From: Dehalococcoidia bacterium | GTDB taxonomy: Bacteria > Chloroflexota > Dehalococcoidia > UBA2979 | Length of the DNA stretch: 64,000 bases | Assembly (NCBI GenBank): GCA_965219085.1 | Contig: OZ244720.1 | Location: forward strand, 3,232,001 to 3,296,000 | Direction of reading: 5' to 3' | Part shown: in pieces, positions 48,753-57,470 of the stretch | How the letters are laid out: every line of letters begins with the position of its first letter | Position numbering within the stretch: position 1 is the first letter of the stretch | Program-made: the position numbers and the translations under genes | Notes under the pieces: generated by a model | The model's database searches: none | What the model saw: only the letters and a program-made list of their open reading frames with translations | What the model was told of the DNA's origin: nothing

Positions 48753-50585
48753 TTAGCGCCGCCCGAACGAGCGCCGCACCTGCTCGCTGCTGAGCCGCAG
48801 CAGCGTGGGGCGGCCGTGCGGGCACGTCTGCGGGTGCTCGCACGCCTCGAGCTGCCGCAGCAGCTCGCGCTGCTGCTCCCCTGCCAGCAGGTCGCCGGCG
48901 CGCACCGCCGAGCGGCACGCGAGGCTCGCCGCGGCGCGCTCCGGCCCCGACAGCCGCTCCTCCGCCTCCATGCGGTCGAGCAGGTCGCGCAGCGCCTGGG
49001 CGGGGTCGCGCCCGGCCAGCGCGGCCGGCACGGCGCGCACGATCAGCGCCGCCCCGTCCGTCGGCTCCAGCACGAAGCCGAGCGCCGCCAGCGCCTCCGC
49101 CTCCTCGGCGGCCAGCGCCGCCTGCGCCGCGCCGAGCGGCGCCAGCACGGCCTCCAGCAGCGGCTGCGAGGACGCCTCGCCGCGCGCCAGGCGCGCCCGC
49201 ACCTGCTCGTAGCGCACACGCTCGTGCGCGGCGTGCTGGTCGACCAGGTAGAGCCCGTCGGGCGCCTCGGCCACCAGGAACGCCTCGTCGAACTGCCCGA
49301 GCGGGCGCAGCGCGGGCAGCCGCTCGGCGAGCGGCAGCGCCGCCTCGTCGCGCGGCTCGCCGGCCACTGCGGGCCGCGTCGAGGCATCGAACGGCGACGC
49401 CGGCCGCGCCGAGGCCAGCATGGCGCGCGCCTCGGCTGCGGCGCCTGCCCGGGCGGGAGGCTCAAACACCGGCGTTGCGAACGCAGGCGCGGCGGCCCCT
49501 GCCAGCGCGCCTCGCACCGCCGCCGTCACCGCCTGCGCCACGGCGCGCGCCTCGCGGAACCGCACCTCGGCCTTCGCCGGGTGCACGTTGACGTCGACCG
49601 CCGCGGGGTCGACCTCGACGCGCACGAGGCCGACCGGGTGGCGCGCGGACGGCAGCAGCCCTTCGTAGGCGCGCTCGGCGGCGAACGCCAGCGCGCGGTC
49701 GCTCACCGCCCGCCCGTTGACGACGACGTGCAGCGCCGAGCGGTTGCCGCGGTGCCGCTCCGGCGGTCCCACCAGCCCGCGCACCACGACCGGCCCGTGC
49801 TCGCCCGCGGCGGGTTCGTGATGGTCGAACGTGATCAGCGACGCGGCGAGGCCGTCGTCGTAGACCGCCGCCCACGCCGCGCGCTCCCCGCCCGCGCCGG
49901 GCGAGGCGAGCAGCACGCGGCCCTCGCTCTCGAGCCTGAGCGCCACCTCCGGCCGCGCCAGCGCGTAGCCGGCGACCACCTGCGCCACGGCGCGCGCCTC
50001 GGCCCGCGCGCTGCGCAGGAAGCGCCGCCTGGCCGGCAGCGCCGCGAACAGCCCGCGCACCTCGAAGGTGGTCCCCGGCGCCGCCGCCGCCGCGCCCTGC
50101 GGCAGCGCCCGCCCGTCCCGGAAGCGCGCCACCGCCGCCGCCGACTCGCCGCCCACGCGCGTCGTGCAGGTCACGTCGGCCGCCGCCGCGATCGCCGCCA
50201 GCGCCTCGCCGCGGAACCCCAGCGTGCGCACCGCGAACAGCTCCTCCGCCGCGCGCAGCTTCGAGGTCGCGTGCCGCTCGAAGGCGTCGGCGAGCTGCTC
50301 CGGTTCGATCCCGCGGCCGTCGTCGCGCACGCGGATGCGCTCCGCTCCGCCGCCCGCGATCGCCACCTCGATGCGCGCGGCGCCCGCGTCGAGCGCGTTC
50401 TCGAGCAGCTCCTTCACCACCGAGGCCGGGCGCTCGATCACCTCGCCTGCCGCGATCCGCGCCGCCACCTCCGGCGCCAGCACGCGGATCCGCGGCGCCC
50501 CGTCTGTTGCGGCCCCCGCGGGGTATCCCCGCGTCGAGGAGACTTCGGGGTATCCCCGCGTCCCGGAGACTTCTGTGGCCGTCAC
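48753..50585 (-). CDS. mutL: DNA mismatch repair endonuclease MutL
   Basis: IAAGEVIERPASVVKELLEN, GFRGEAL, DVNVHPAK, DQHAAHE, ACR and CPHGRP motifs; start uncertain. Confidence 0.96.
   Translation of the reverse strand: MTATEVSGTRGYPEVSSTRGYPAGAATDGAPRIRVLAPEVAARIAAGEVIERPASVVKELLENALDAGAARIEVAIAGGGAERIRVRDDGRGIEPEQLADAFERHATSKLRAAEELFAVRTLGFRGEALAAIAAAADVTCTTRVGGESAAAVARFRDGRALPQGAAAAAPGTTFEVRGLFAALPARRRFLRSARAEARAVAQVVAGYALARPEVALRLESEGRVLLASPGAGGERAAWAAVYDDGLAASLITFDHHEPAAGEHGPVVVRGLVGPPERHRGNRSALHVVVNGRAVSDRALAFAAERAYEGLLPSARHPVGLVRVEVDPAAVDVNVHPAKAEVRFREARAVAQAVTAAVRGALAGAAAPAFATPVFEPPARAGAAAEARAMLASARPASPFDASTRPAVAGEPRDEAALPLAERLPALRPLGQFDEAFLVAEAPDGLYLVDQHAAHERVRYEQVRARLARGEASSQPLLEAVLAPLGAAQAALAAEEAEALAALGFVLEPTDGAALIVRAVPAALAGRDPAQALRDLLDRMEAEERLSGPERAAASLACRSAVRAGDLLAGEQQRELLRQLEACEHPQTCPHGRPTLLRLSSEQVRRSFGRR
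50521..50573. repeat. 27-bp tandem duplication (2 copies) at the mutL 5' end
   Basis: GGGTATCCCCGCGTC(GA/CC)GGAGACTTC twice; encodes EVSGTRGYP and EVSSTRGYP. Confidence 0.8.
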
Positions 50586-50587
50586 GC

Positions 50588-53281
50588 CTAGCCCTCGCGC
50601 CCGAGCCCGCGACGCGCCTCGGCGCGCAGCTCGTAGAGCCGCTGCAGCGCCTCGAGCGGGCTCAGCTCGTCGGGCTCGAGCCCCGCGACCGCCTCCGCGA
50701 GCGCGCGCTCCGCCGCGGACGCCGCCACCGGCAGCGCGAGCTGGGCCGGCGCGGCGGCCGCCCCGGGAGCACCGCCCCACGCGGCGCCGCCCTCGCCCGG
50801 CCGGCCGGCCTCGCCCCCTTCCAGCTGCGCGAGCAGCTCGCGGGCGCGCGCCACCACGGCGCGCGGCAGCCCCGCCAGCGCGGCGACGTGCACCCCGTAG
50901 GCGCGGTCGGCCGCGCCCTCGCTGATGCGATGCAGGAACACCACCTCGCCTGCGCGCTCGGCGACGGCGACCGAGCGGTTGGCGACGCGCGGCAGCAGCC
51001 CGGCCAGCGCCGTCAGCTCGCGGTAGTGCGTCGCGAAGAGCGTGCGCGGCGTCCCGCCGGGGCGGTGGTGCAGCGCCTCCACCACCGCGCGCGCGATCGC
51101 CAGTCCGTCGCCCGTCGAGGTGCCGCGCCCGACCTCGTCGAGCACCACCAGCGAGCGCTCCGTCGCGCGGCGCAGGATCTCCGCCGTCTCCACCATCTCG
51201 CGCATGAACGTCGAACGCCCCGCCGCCAGCTCGTCGCTGGCGCCGACGCGCGTGAAGACGCGGTCGGCCATGCCGATCTCGGCCCGCTCCGCCGGCACGT
51301 AGCAGCCGGCCTGCGCCATCAGCACGATCAGCGCCGTCTGCCGCAGGTACGTCGACTTCCCGCCCATGTTCGGGCCCGTCAGCACCACGATGTCCGGCGC
51401 CGCCCCGCCCAGTTCGCAGTCGTTGGGCACGAACGCGCCCGGTTCCATGCGCCGCTCGACCACCGGGTGCCGGCCGCCCGCGATCGCGATCGGCCCCGCA
51501 GGGCGCAGCACGGGCCGCACGTAGCCGTGCTCAGACGCCACCTCGGCCAGCGCCGCGGCGACGTCGAGCCGCGCCAGCGCCCGTGCAGCGCGCTCCACGG
51601 CCGCGCCGCAGGCCGCGACCTGCGCGCACAGCCGCTCCAGCGCCGCGCGCTCCGCCCCGGCGAGCTCCTCGCGCGCACCGAGAATGCGGTCCTCGAGCTC
51701 CGAGAGCGGCGCATGGCGGTAGCGCTGCGCCCCCGCCAGCGTCTGGCGCGGCTCGTAGTCGTCCGGCGCGCGATCCGCCTGCGAGCGCGGCAGCTCGAGG
51801 TAGTACCCGAACACGCGGTGATAGCCGACCTTGAGCGCCCCGAGCCCCGTGCGTGCCCGCTCCTGGGCCTCGAGCGCCGTGAGCGCCCCGCGCGCGTCCT
51901 CGGCGAGCGCGCGCAGCTCGTCCACCTCCGGCGCGAAGCCGGGGCGCAGCGACGCCCCGTCGCCGGCCTCCGCGGGCGGCTCCCCGGCGAGCCCCGCCGC
52001 CAGCGCCGCGTGCGCCTCGCCCGCGCCCGCGAGGTCCGCGGCGAGCGCGTCGAGCGCCCCGGTCCCCGTGGCGCGCGCCTGCCCCGCCGCCTCCGGCAGC
52101 GCGCCCAGCGCCGCGCGCAGCTGCGCGAGCTGGCGCGGCCCCGCGCTGCCCGCGCGCACCCGCCCCAGCAGCCGCTCGGGGTCCGGCAGCCCGCGCAGCA
52201 CCCGCCTCAGCGCCGCGCGCTCCAGCGGCGCCTCCAGCCACGCCTGCACCTCGTCGAGCCGCCGCCCGGCCTCGGCGGCGTCGCGCCCGGGGCGCGCCAG
52301 CCGCGCGCGCAGCAGCCGCCCGCCCGGCCCCGTGCGCGTGCGGTCCAGCACCGCGATCAGCGCCGCGTCCGGCCCCGCCGGCGACTCGAACAGCTCCAGC
52401 GTGCGCACCGTCTGCGGGTCCAGCTCGAGGTGGTCGCCGGAGGCGATCACGCGCGGCTCGCGCAGGTTGCGCAGCGCCTGCGGCCAGCCCTCGGCGAGAT
52501 ACGCCAGCAGCGCCCCCGCCGCCGCCACGGCCGGCTCCATCCCGCGCAGCCCGAAGCCCTCGACGTCCGCGACGCCGTACTGCCCGCACAGCGCGCGGGC
52601 CGCCTCGCCCGGGGCGAACTGCCGCGCCGGCCGCTCCGTGCGCCGCGCCGCCCCGGCCGCGCCCTCCGGCAGCGTGTCCTCGGCCCCGTGCGCCCCGTGC
52701 GCCGCCTCGGGCACGAGCATCTCACGCGGCGCGCGCCGCGCCAGCTCCCCGGCGAGCGCGGCGCCCTCCACGACCATGCACTCCAGCTCGCCCGTGGTGA
52801 CGTCGCACGCCGCGAGCCCGAAGCGCTCGCCGCCAACCCCGTTGGCCCCACCGACAGCGGCATCGCTGGCCGCGCCGTTGGCAGCGCCGGCCGGCGCGAC
52901 CGCGACGAGCCAGTTATGTCCGCCCGCCGGGAGCAGCGCGCCCTCCTCGACGGTCCCCGGCGTGACGACGCGCACAACGCGACGCTCGACGAGGCTCCGC
53001 CCGTCGGGCTCGGAGGTCTGCTCGGCGAGCGCGACGCGGTGGCCCGCCCCAACGAGCTGGTCGAGGTAGCGTTCGAGCGCGTGGTGCGGCACCCCGGCCA
53101 TCGGCACGCGGCCCTCGGCCTTGCCGAGCGGCCGCGAGGTGAGCGCGATTCCGAGCGTCTCCGCCAGGACCGCGGCGTCTGCGTCGAACGCCTCATAGAA
53201 ATCGCCCATGCGGAACAGCAGCAGCGCGTCCGGGTGCTGCGCCTTGAGCGCGAGGTACTGTCTGCGGACGGGGGTGGACAC
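50588..53281 (-). CDS. mutS: DNA mismatch repair protein MutS
   Basis: FRMGDFYE, GPNMGGKST, STFMREM, DEVGRGTST and FATHY motifs. Confidence 0.97.
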   Translation of the reverse strand: MSTPVRRQYLALKAQHPDALLLFRMGDFYEAFDADAAVLAETLGIALTSRPLGKAEGRVPMAGVPHHALERYLDQLVGAGHRVALAEQTSEPDGRSLVERRVVRVVTPGTVEEGALLPAGGHNWLVAVAPAGAANGAASDAAVGGANGVGGERFGLAACDVTTGELECMVVEGAALAGELARRAPREMLVPEAAHGAHGAEDTLPEGAAGAARRTERPARQFAPGEAARALCGQYGVADVEGFGLRGMEPAVAAAGALLAYLAEGWPQALRNLREPRVIASGDHLELDPQTVRTLELFESPAGPDAALIAVLDRTRTGPGGRLLRARLARPGRDAAEAGRRLDEVQAWLEAPLERAALRRVLRGLPDPERLLGRVRAGSAGPRQLAQLRAALGALPEAAGQARATGTGALDALAADLAGAGEAHAALAAGLAGEPPAEAGDGASLRPGFAPEVDELRALAEDARGALTALEAQERARTGLGALKVGYHRVFGYYLELPRSQADRAPDDYEPRQTLAGAQRYRHAPLSELEDRILGAREELAGAERAALERLCAQVAACGAAVERAARALARLDVAAALAEVASEHGYVRPVLRPAGPIAIAGGRHPVVERRMEPGAFVPNDCELGGAAPDIVVLTGPNMGGKSTYLRQTALIVLMAQAGCYVPAERAEIGMADRVFTRVGASDELAAGRSTFMREMVETAEILRRATERSLVVLDEVGRGTSTGDGLAIARAVVEALHHRPGGTPRTLFATHYRELTALAGLLPRVANRSVAVAERAGEVVFLHRISEGAADRAYGVHVAALAGLPRAVVARARELLAQLEGGEAGRPGEGGAAWGGAPGAAAAPAQLALPVAASAAERALAEAVAGLEPDELSPLEALQRLYELRAEARRGLGREG

Positions 53282-53409
53282 GGAACGGCGCGCGTCTTCC
53301 CGGGGAGACCGTCAGTCTAGCGCACTTGTTCCCCGCTCCCAAGGCGGCCGTCCACACGCCGTCCACAACGGGAGCCGGCGGGGCGCCGGTGCGAGGGGCC
53401 GAGGACGCG

Positions 53410-55311
53410 CTACGTGACCGCGCGCGCCCCGGCCAGCGCGACGAGGTCGTCGCGGGCGATGCCGCGCGGGGCCAGGTCGTGGCAGGCGCCGCAGCGCACG
53501 CACGTGGTCTCGTCGAGCGTGTAGCCGCCGCGCGGGGAGCCCCGGATGGCGTCGACGGGGCAGATCAGCCGCGCCGCCTCGAGCCGCGGGTCGTCCTGGT
53601 CCGCGACGCGGTAACGCACGAACCCGCGGCCCTCGAGGCGCTGGTCGGCCGCCGCCACGTGGGCCTCGAACTCCTCGGAGAAGAAGCGCAGCGTGTTGCG
53701 CATGATCGTCGGGCTGGCCGATCCGTGCACGCAGTTCGAGTACTGCAGCGCGTCGCCGACCATCTCGAGGTTGTGGCGGTCCTCGGGCCGCCCGCCGCCC
53801 GCGAGCACGCGCCGGAACACCTCGGTCATGCGCTGGTTGCCGTGGTGGCACGTGGTGCAGCGCCCGCACGACTCGTCCTCGAGGAACTCGGCGAACATCA
53901 GGTTGAGCTCGATCGAGTTGGCGTCCTCGCCGACGAAGACGATCCCGCCCGCGCCGATCAGCGTGCCGTGCTGCGCGAACGCCTCGCGCTCCAGCACGAG
54001 CGAGTCGGCGAGGCTGGCCGGCAGGTAGCCCGCGAGCGGGCCGCCCGGCTGGATCGCCTTGAGCGCGCCCGGGGCGCCTGAGCGCGTCGTCGCGCCGCCG
54101 AGGGCGGTAATGACGTCGTTCATCGCCACCCCGTAGGGCAGCTCCATGAAGCCGGTGCGCGCGATGTCGCCCGAGAACGAGAAGATCTTCGTGCCCGCGT
54201 TCGTCGCCGTGCCGAGCTCGCGGTACCACTCCGCGCCGTGCTCGAGCACGAGCGCCGCGCTCGCGTAAGTCTCGACGTTGTTGACGTTGGTCGGCTTGTA
54301 GAAGACACCCGACTGCGCCGGGAACGGCGGCTTGATGCGCGGCATCCCGCGGTCGTCCTGGATCGAGGCGATCAGCCCCGTCTCCTCGCCGCACACGTAC
54401 GCGCCGGCCCCCACGACCACCTCGAGCGTGCACGAGAAGCCGCTGCCGAGGATGTGCTCGCCCAGCAGCCCCGCCGCCTCGGCCTCCTCGATCGCGTGGC
54501 GCATGCGCTCGATCGCCAGCGGGTACTCGCTGCGGATGTAGAGGAAGCCGTGGATTGCGCTCGTGGCGTGGGCGGCGATGAGCATGCCCTCGATCACGAC
54601 GTGCGGGTCGCCCTCGAGCAGCACGCGGTTCACCCACGCGCCGGGGTCGCCCTCGTCGGCGTTGCACACCAGATAACGTTCAGCGTCGGCGGCGCCGGCG
54701 AGGAAGTTCCACTTCACGCCCGCCGGGAAGAACGCCCCGCCCTTGCCGAGCAGCTGCGCGTCCTGCTGGAGCTGCCGCACGGCCTCGGGGCCGTGGTGGC
54801 GGTCGAGCATGCGCGACAGCGCGTGGTAGCCGCCGGTCGCGACGTAGTGGTCGATCTCGTCGGGGTTCGAGTGGCCGATGCGCTGCAGCAGCCGCCGCTC
54901 GTCCTCGCAGGCGAGGTACGGGTGCTCCCCGATGCGCGGGATGCCGGGCCGCGAGCCGGACAGCACGCCGACGGCGAGCTCGGCGGCCGCGCCGACGAGT
55001 CCCGCGGCCTCGTCGAGCAGCAGCCCGACCTGCGCGGGCCCCACCGGTCCGTAGAGCACGCGCGTACCGTCGGGCCAGGCGATCGTCGCCAGTGGCTGCA
55101 GCCACTGTAGCCCGTAGCCGTGCACGATGGCGGTGTCGGCCGCCGCCGCGCGCTCCTCGATCGCGGCCTCCAGCGCGTCGCGCGTGCGCCCCGCGCCCGC
55201 GGCCAGCGAGGAGGTGTCCCAGGCGAGGTCGATGCGCGGCCGCTCGGGGTGGCGCCACGCCTCCCAGACGGCGTCGGCCTGCTCGCGCAGCGCGTCGTAG
55301 GCTCCCGGCAC
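53410..55311 (-). CDS. NuoF/HydB-like NADH-binding flavoprotein subunit
   Basis: CNADEGDPG, GAGAYVCGEET, NNVET and ESCGRCTTC motifs; C-terminal ferredoxin-like region. Confidence 0.9.
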   Translation of the reverse strand: MPGAYDALREQADAVWEAWRHPERPRIDLAWDTSSLAAGAGRTRDALEAAIEERAAAADTAIVHGYGLQWLQPLATIAWPDGTRVLYGPVGPAQVGLLLDEAAGLVGAAAELAVGVLSGSRPGIPRIGEHPYLACEDERRLLQRIGHSNPDEIDHYVATGGYHALSRMLDRHHGPEAVRQLQQDAQLLGKGGAFFPAGVKWNFLAGAADAERYLVCNADEGDPGAWVNRVLLEGDPHVVIEGMLIAAHATSAIHGFLYIRSEYPLAIERMRHAIEEAEAAGLLGEHILGSGFSCTLEVVVGAGAYVCGEETGLIASIQDDRGMPRIKPPFPAQSGVFYKPTNVNNVETYASAALVLEHGAEWYRELGTATNAGTKIFSFSGDIARTGFMELPYGVAMNDVITALGGATTRSGAPGALKAIQPGGPLAGYLPASLADSLVLEREAFAQHGTLIGAGGIVFVGEDANSIELNLMFAEFLEDESCGRCTTCHHGNQRMTEVFRRVLAGGGRPEDRHNLEMVGDALQYSNCVHGSASPTIMRNTLRFFSEEFEAHVAAADQRLEGRGFVRYRVADQDDPRLEAARLICPVDAIRGSPRGGYTLDETTCVRCGACHDLAPRGIARDDLVALAGARAVT

Positions 55312-55313
55312 GG

Positions 55314-55856
55314 CTAGCCTCCGGTCCCGTCTAGCGCGTTCCCGTCGGCGCCGTCGTCCGGCCAGCCGAGCGTGTCAGGGTCTGTCCCGTCGCGCAGCGC
55401 GCGGGCGATCTCGACGGCGCGCGCGGCGTTGAGCTTGCCGACGACGCGTTCCTGCAGCCACACCTGCGGCGCCTGCTCGCAGGTGCCGTTGCACTGCCCC
55501 AGCGTGAAAGCGACGCGCCCGTCCGGGCTGTCCTCGCCGAGCGCGCAGCCGAAGACCGCCTCGAAGGCGGCGCGGATGCCGCTCGCGTTGCGCAGCCGGC
55601 ACGCGGGGCCTGAGCACCACGCGAGCGTGACCGGCGGCGGCGGGGTGGTGCGGAAGTCCGCGTAGTACGTGGTCGCGCCGTAGACGTGCGCCGCCGTGAG
55701 CCGCAGCTGCTCCGCGACGACCTCCATGGCCTCGCGCGAGATGTAGCCGTAGCGGTGGTGGATGCGGTGCAGCGCCTCGAGCAGGTCGCCGTCGTCCGGC
55801 TTGAGCCCGTCGAGCAGTGCGCGCAACTCGGCCCGCGCCTCGGTTTCGAGCGGCAT
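55314..55856 (-). CDS. NuoE/HydC-like [2Fe-2S] subunit
   Basis: YGATTYY, CSGPAC...CNGTC four-Cys motif. Confidence 0.9.
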   Translation of the reverse strand: MPLETEARAELRALLDGLKPDDGDLLEALHRIHHRYGYISREAMEVVAEQLRLTAAHVYGATTYYADFRTTPPPPVTLAWCSGPACRLRNASGIRAAFEAVFGCALGEDSPDGRVAFTLGQCNGTCEQAPQVWLQERVVGKLNAARAVEIARALRDGTDPDTLGWPDDGADGNALDGTGG

Positions 55857-55963
55857 GCGTCGACCCGTCCTCCGCGCGATCCGTAGTCCGCGACGATGAT
55901 AGGCAGGCGGCCCCGCGCGGACAAGAACGGCCGGCGACCGCGGCGCTCGCGGCGCTCCCTTAC

Positions 55964-56368
55964 TTACTCGTCCTCGGTCTCGGCCGCCTCGTTGCGCAGC
56001 ATCTCCACCAGCGCCTCCGCGCTGCGCGCCGCGAGGAACGCGACCGTGTTGGTGGGATCGAGCGCGGCGCCGCGCAGATAGGCAGACTCCCGGTCGAGGC
56101 GCTCGGCCACGCGGAGCATGACCGCCTCCGCGTAGGCGTGCCCCGGTGCTTCCTCCATGCTCGCGTCCGCCTCGCCGGCGGATACGAAGCTGCCGATCCG
56201 CGCGTAGAGCGCCGCGAGCCACACCGTCAGGTCCGCCGCCGGTTCGTCCAGGGCTTCCTCGAACTCCCGCGAGAGATCGACCAGCACCTCGGCGAGCGCG
56301 GCGGAGGCGGCCGCCTCGACGAGTTCGAGTCCCGCGTCTGATCCCTTGCCCGGCTCGTCGGCAGTCAT
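55964..56368 (-). CDS. Hypothetical acidic helical protein
   Basis: ATG with GAGGT RBS; co-directional with its neighbours. Confidence 0.6.
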   Translation of the reverse strand: MTADEPGKGSDAGLELVEAAASAALAEVLVDLSREFEEALDEPAADLTVWLAALYARIGSFVSAGEADASMEEAPGHAYAEAVMLRVAERLDRESAYLRGAALDPTNTVAFLAARSAEALVEMLRNEAAETEDE

Positions 56369-56394
56369 GCGGACACCTCGCGCCCAGTCCGCCG

Positions 56395-57327
56395 CTAGAA
56401 GACGATCACGCAGCGCCCGCGCGTGCCCCCTGCCTCGAGGCGCGCGTGCGCAGCGGCGGCCTGCTCGGCCTCGTACGTCGCGGCCACCCGCAGCGTGAGC
56501 GTGCCGTCTTCGGCCTGCCTGCGCAGGCGGTCGAGCAGGTCCGCACGGTGGTCGTAGCTCGTCACCATCGTGCGGTGGAAGGCGACGCCGCGCTCGCCGT
56601 TACCGCCCCACCCGCGCACCGAGGCGAAGCCGCCGCCGTCGCGCACGGCCGGCGCCACGAGCTCGGACTGCACCGCGCCGTCGGCGAGCCCGTCGACGCC
56701 GCCGGGCGCGGCCTCGCGGAAGCGCCCGGCCACGTCGTCGCCGCGCCGCACGACCACGTCGGCGCCGAGGCCGGCAACAAGCTGCTCGTCGGCCTCGGAG
56801 GCGTCGGCGATGACGCGCAGCCCCTCGGCCTTCGCGAGCTGCACGACGTAGCCGCCGTAGCAGCCCGCCGCGCCCGTGACGGCGATGGTCTGGCCGGGCC
56901 GAAGCGCGAGCTGGTCGAGCGACTGGCGCGCCGTCAGCCCGTTCATCGGCAGCGTGCACGCCTCGACGTGGCTCGCGCCCTCCGGGGCGCGCACGACCGC
57001 GTCGGCGGACAGCACGATGCTCTCGCGGTATGCGCCCTGGCTGGCGTTCGGGACGACCATCGCCATCACCGCGTCGCCGACCGCGAAGTCGGTGTCCGGC
57101 CCGACCTCGTCGATGACGCCCGCGAGGTCCATGCCGGGGATGTAGGGCGGCGGGACCTCGCGCAGCGCGGCGGCGCGTCCGCCGTTGCGCAGCATGGTGT
57201 CGGTGGGATTGACGGCGACGGCGTGGACGCGGATGCGCACCTCGCCGGCCCCGGCGTGCACCTCGGGCAGGTCGACGACCTGCAGCGCCTCCGGCCCCCC
57301 GAACTCGATCACCCCGACTCCACGCAT
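56395..57327 (-). CDS. NADP-dependent quinone oxidoreductase-like (MDR)
   Basis: FGGPEAL, AVNPTD, PGMDLAG and GAAGCYG motifs; GAGGAGG RBS. Confidence 0.9.
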   Translation of the reverse strand: MRGVGVIEFGGPEALQVVDLPEVHAGAGEVRIRVHAVAVNPTDTMLRNGGRAAALREVPPPYIPGMDLAGVIDEVGPDTDFAVGDAVMAMVVPNASQGAYRESIVLSADAVVRAPEGASHVEACTLPMNGLTARQSLDQLALRPGQTIAVTGAAGCYGGYVVQLAKAEGLRVIADASEADEQLVAGLGADVVVRRGDDVAGRFREAAPGGVDGLADGAVQSELVAPAVRDGGGFASVRGWGGNGERGVAFHRTMVTSYDHRADLLDRLRRQAEDGTLTLRVAATYEAEQAAAAHARLEAGGTRGRCVIVF

Positions 57328-57470
57328 GGCTCGCCTCCTCGATGCTTTCGACGCGGCGACCACGGTACATCGCCGCGCGCTTGTGGCGGCACGACCGTCA
57401 CGCGCGCCGTGCTCCGGCGCGCCGGGGGTGGGTGGGGTAATTCCGATACCGCTCGCCGTACGATGCTTCC

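Noticed and set aside
50513-50573. GTATCCCCGCG repeats resembling type I-E CRISPR repeats
   Set aside because: Only two adjacent copies with no unique spacers and no cas genes; a simple tandem duplication.
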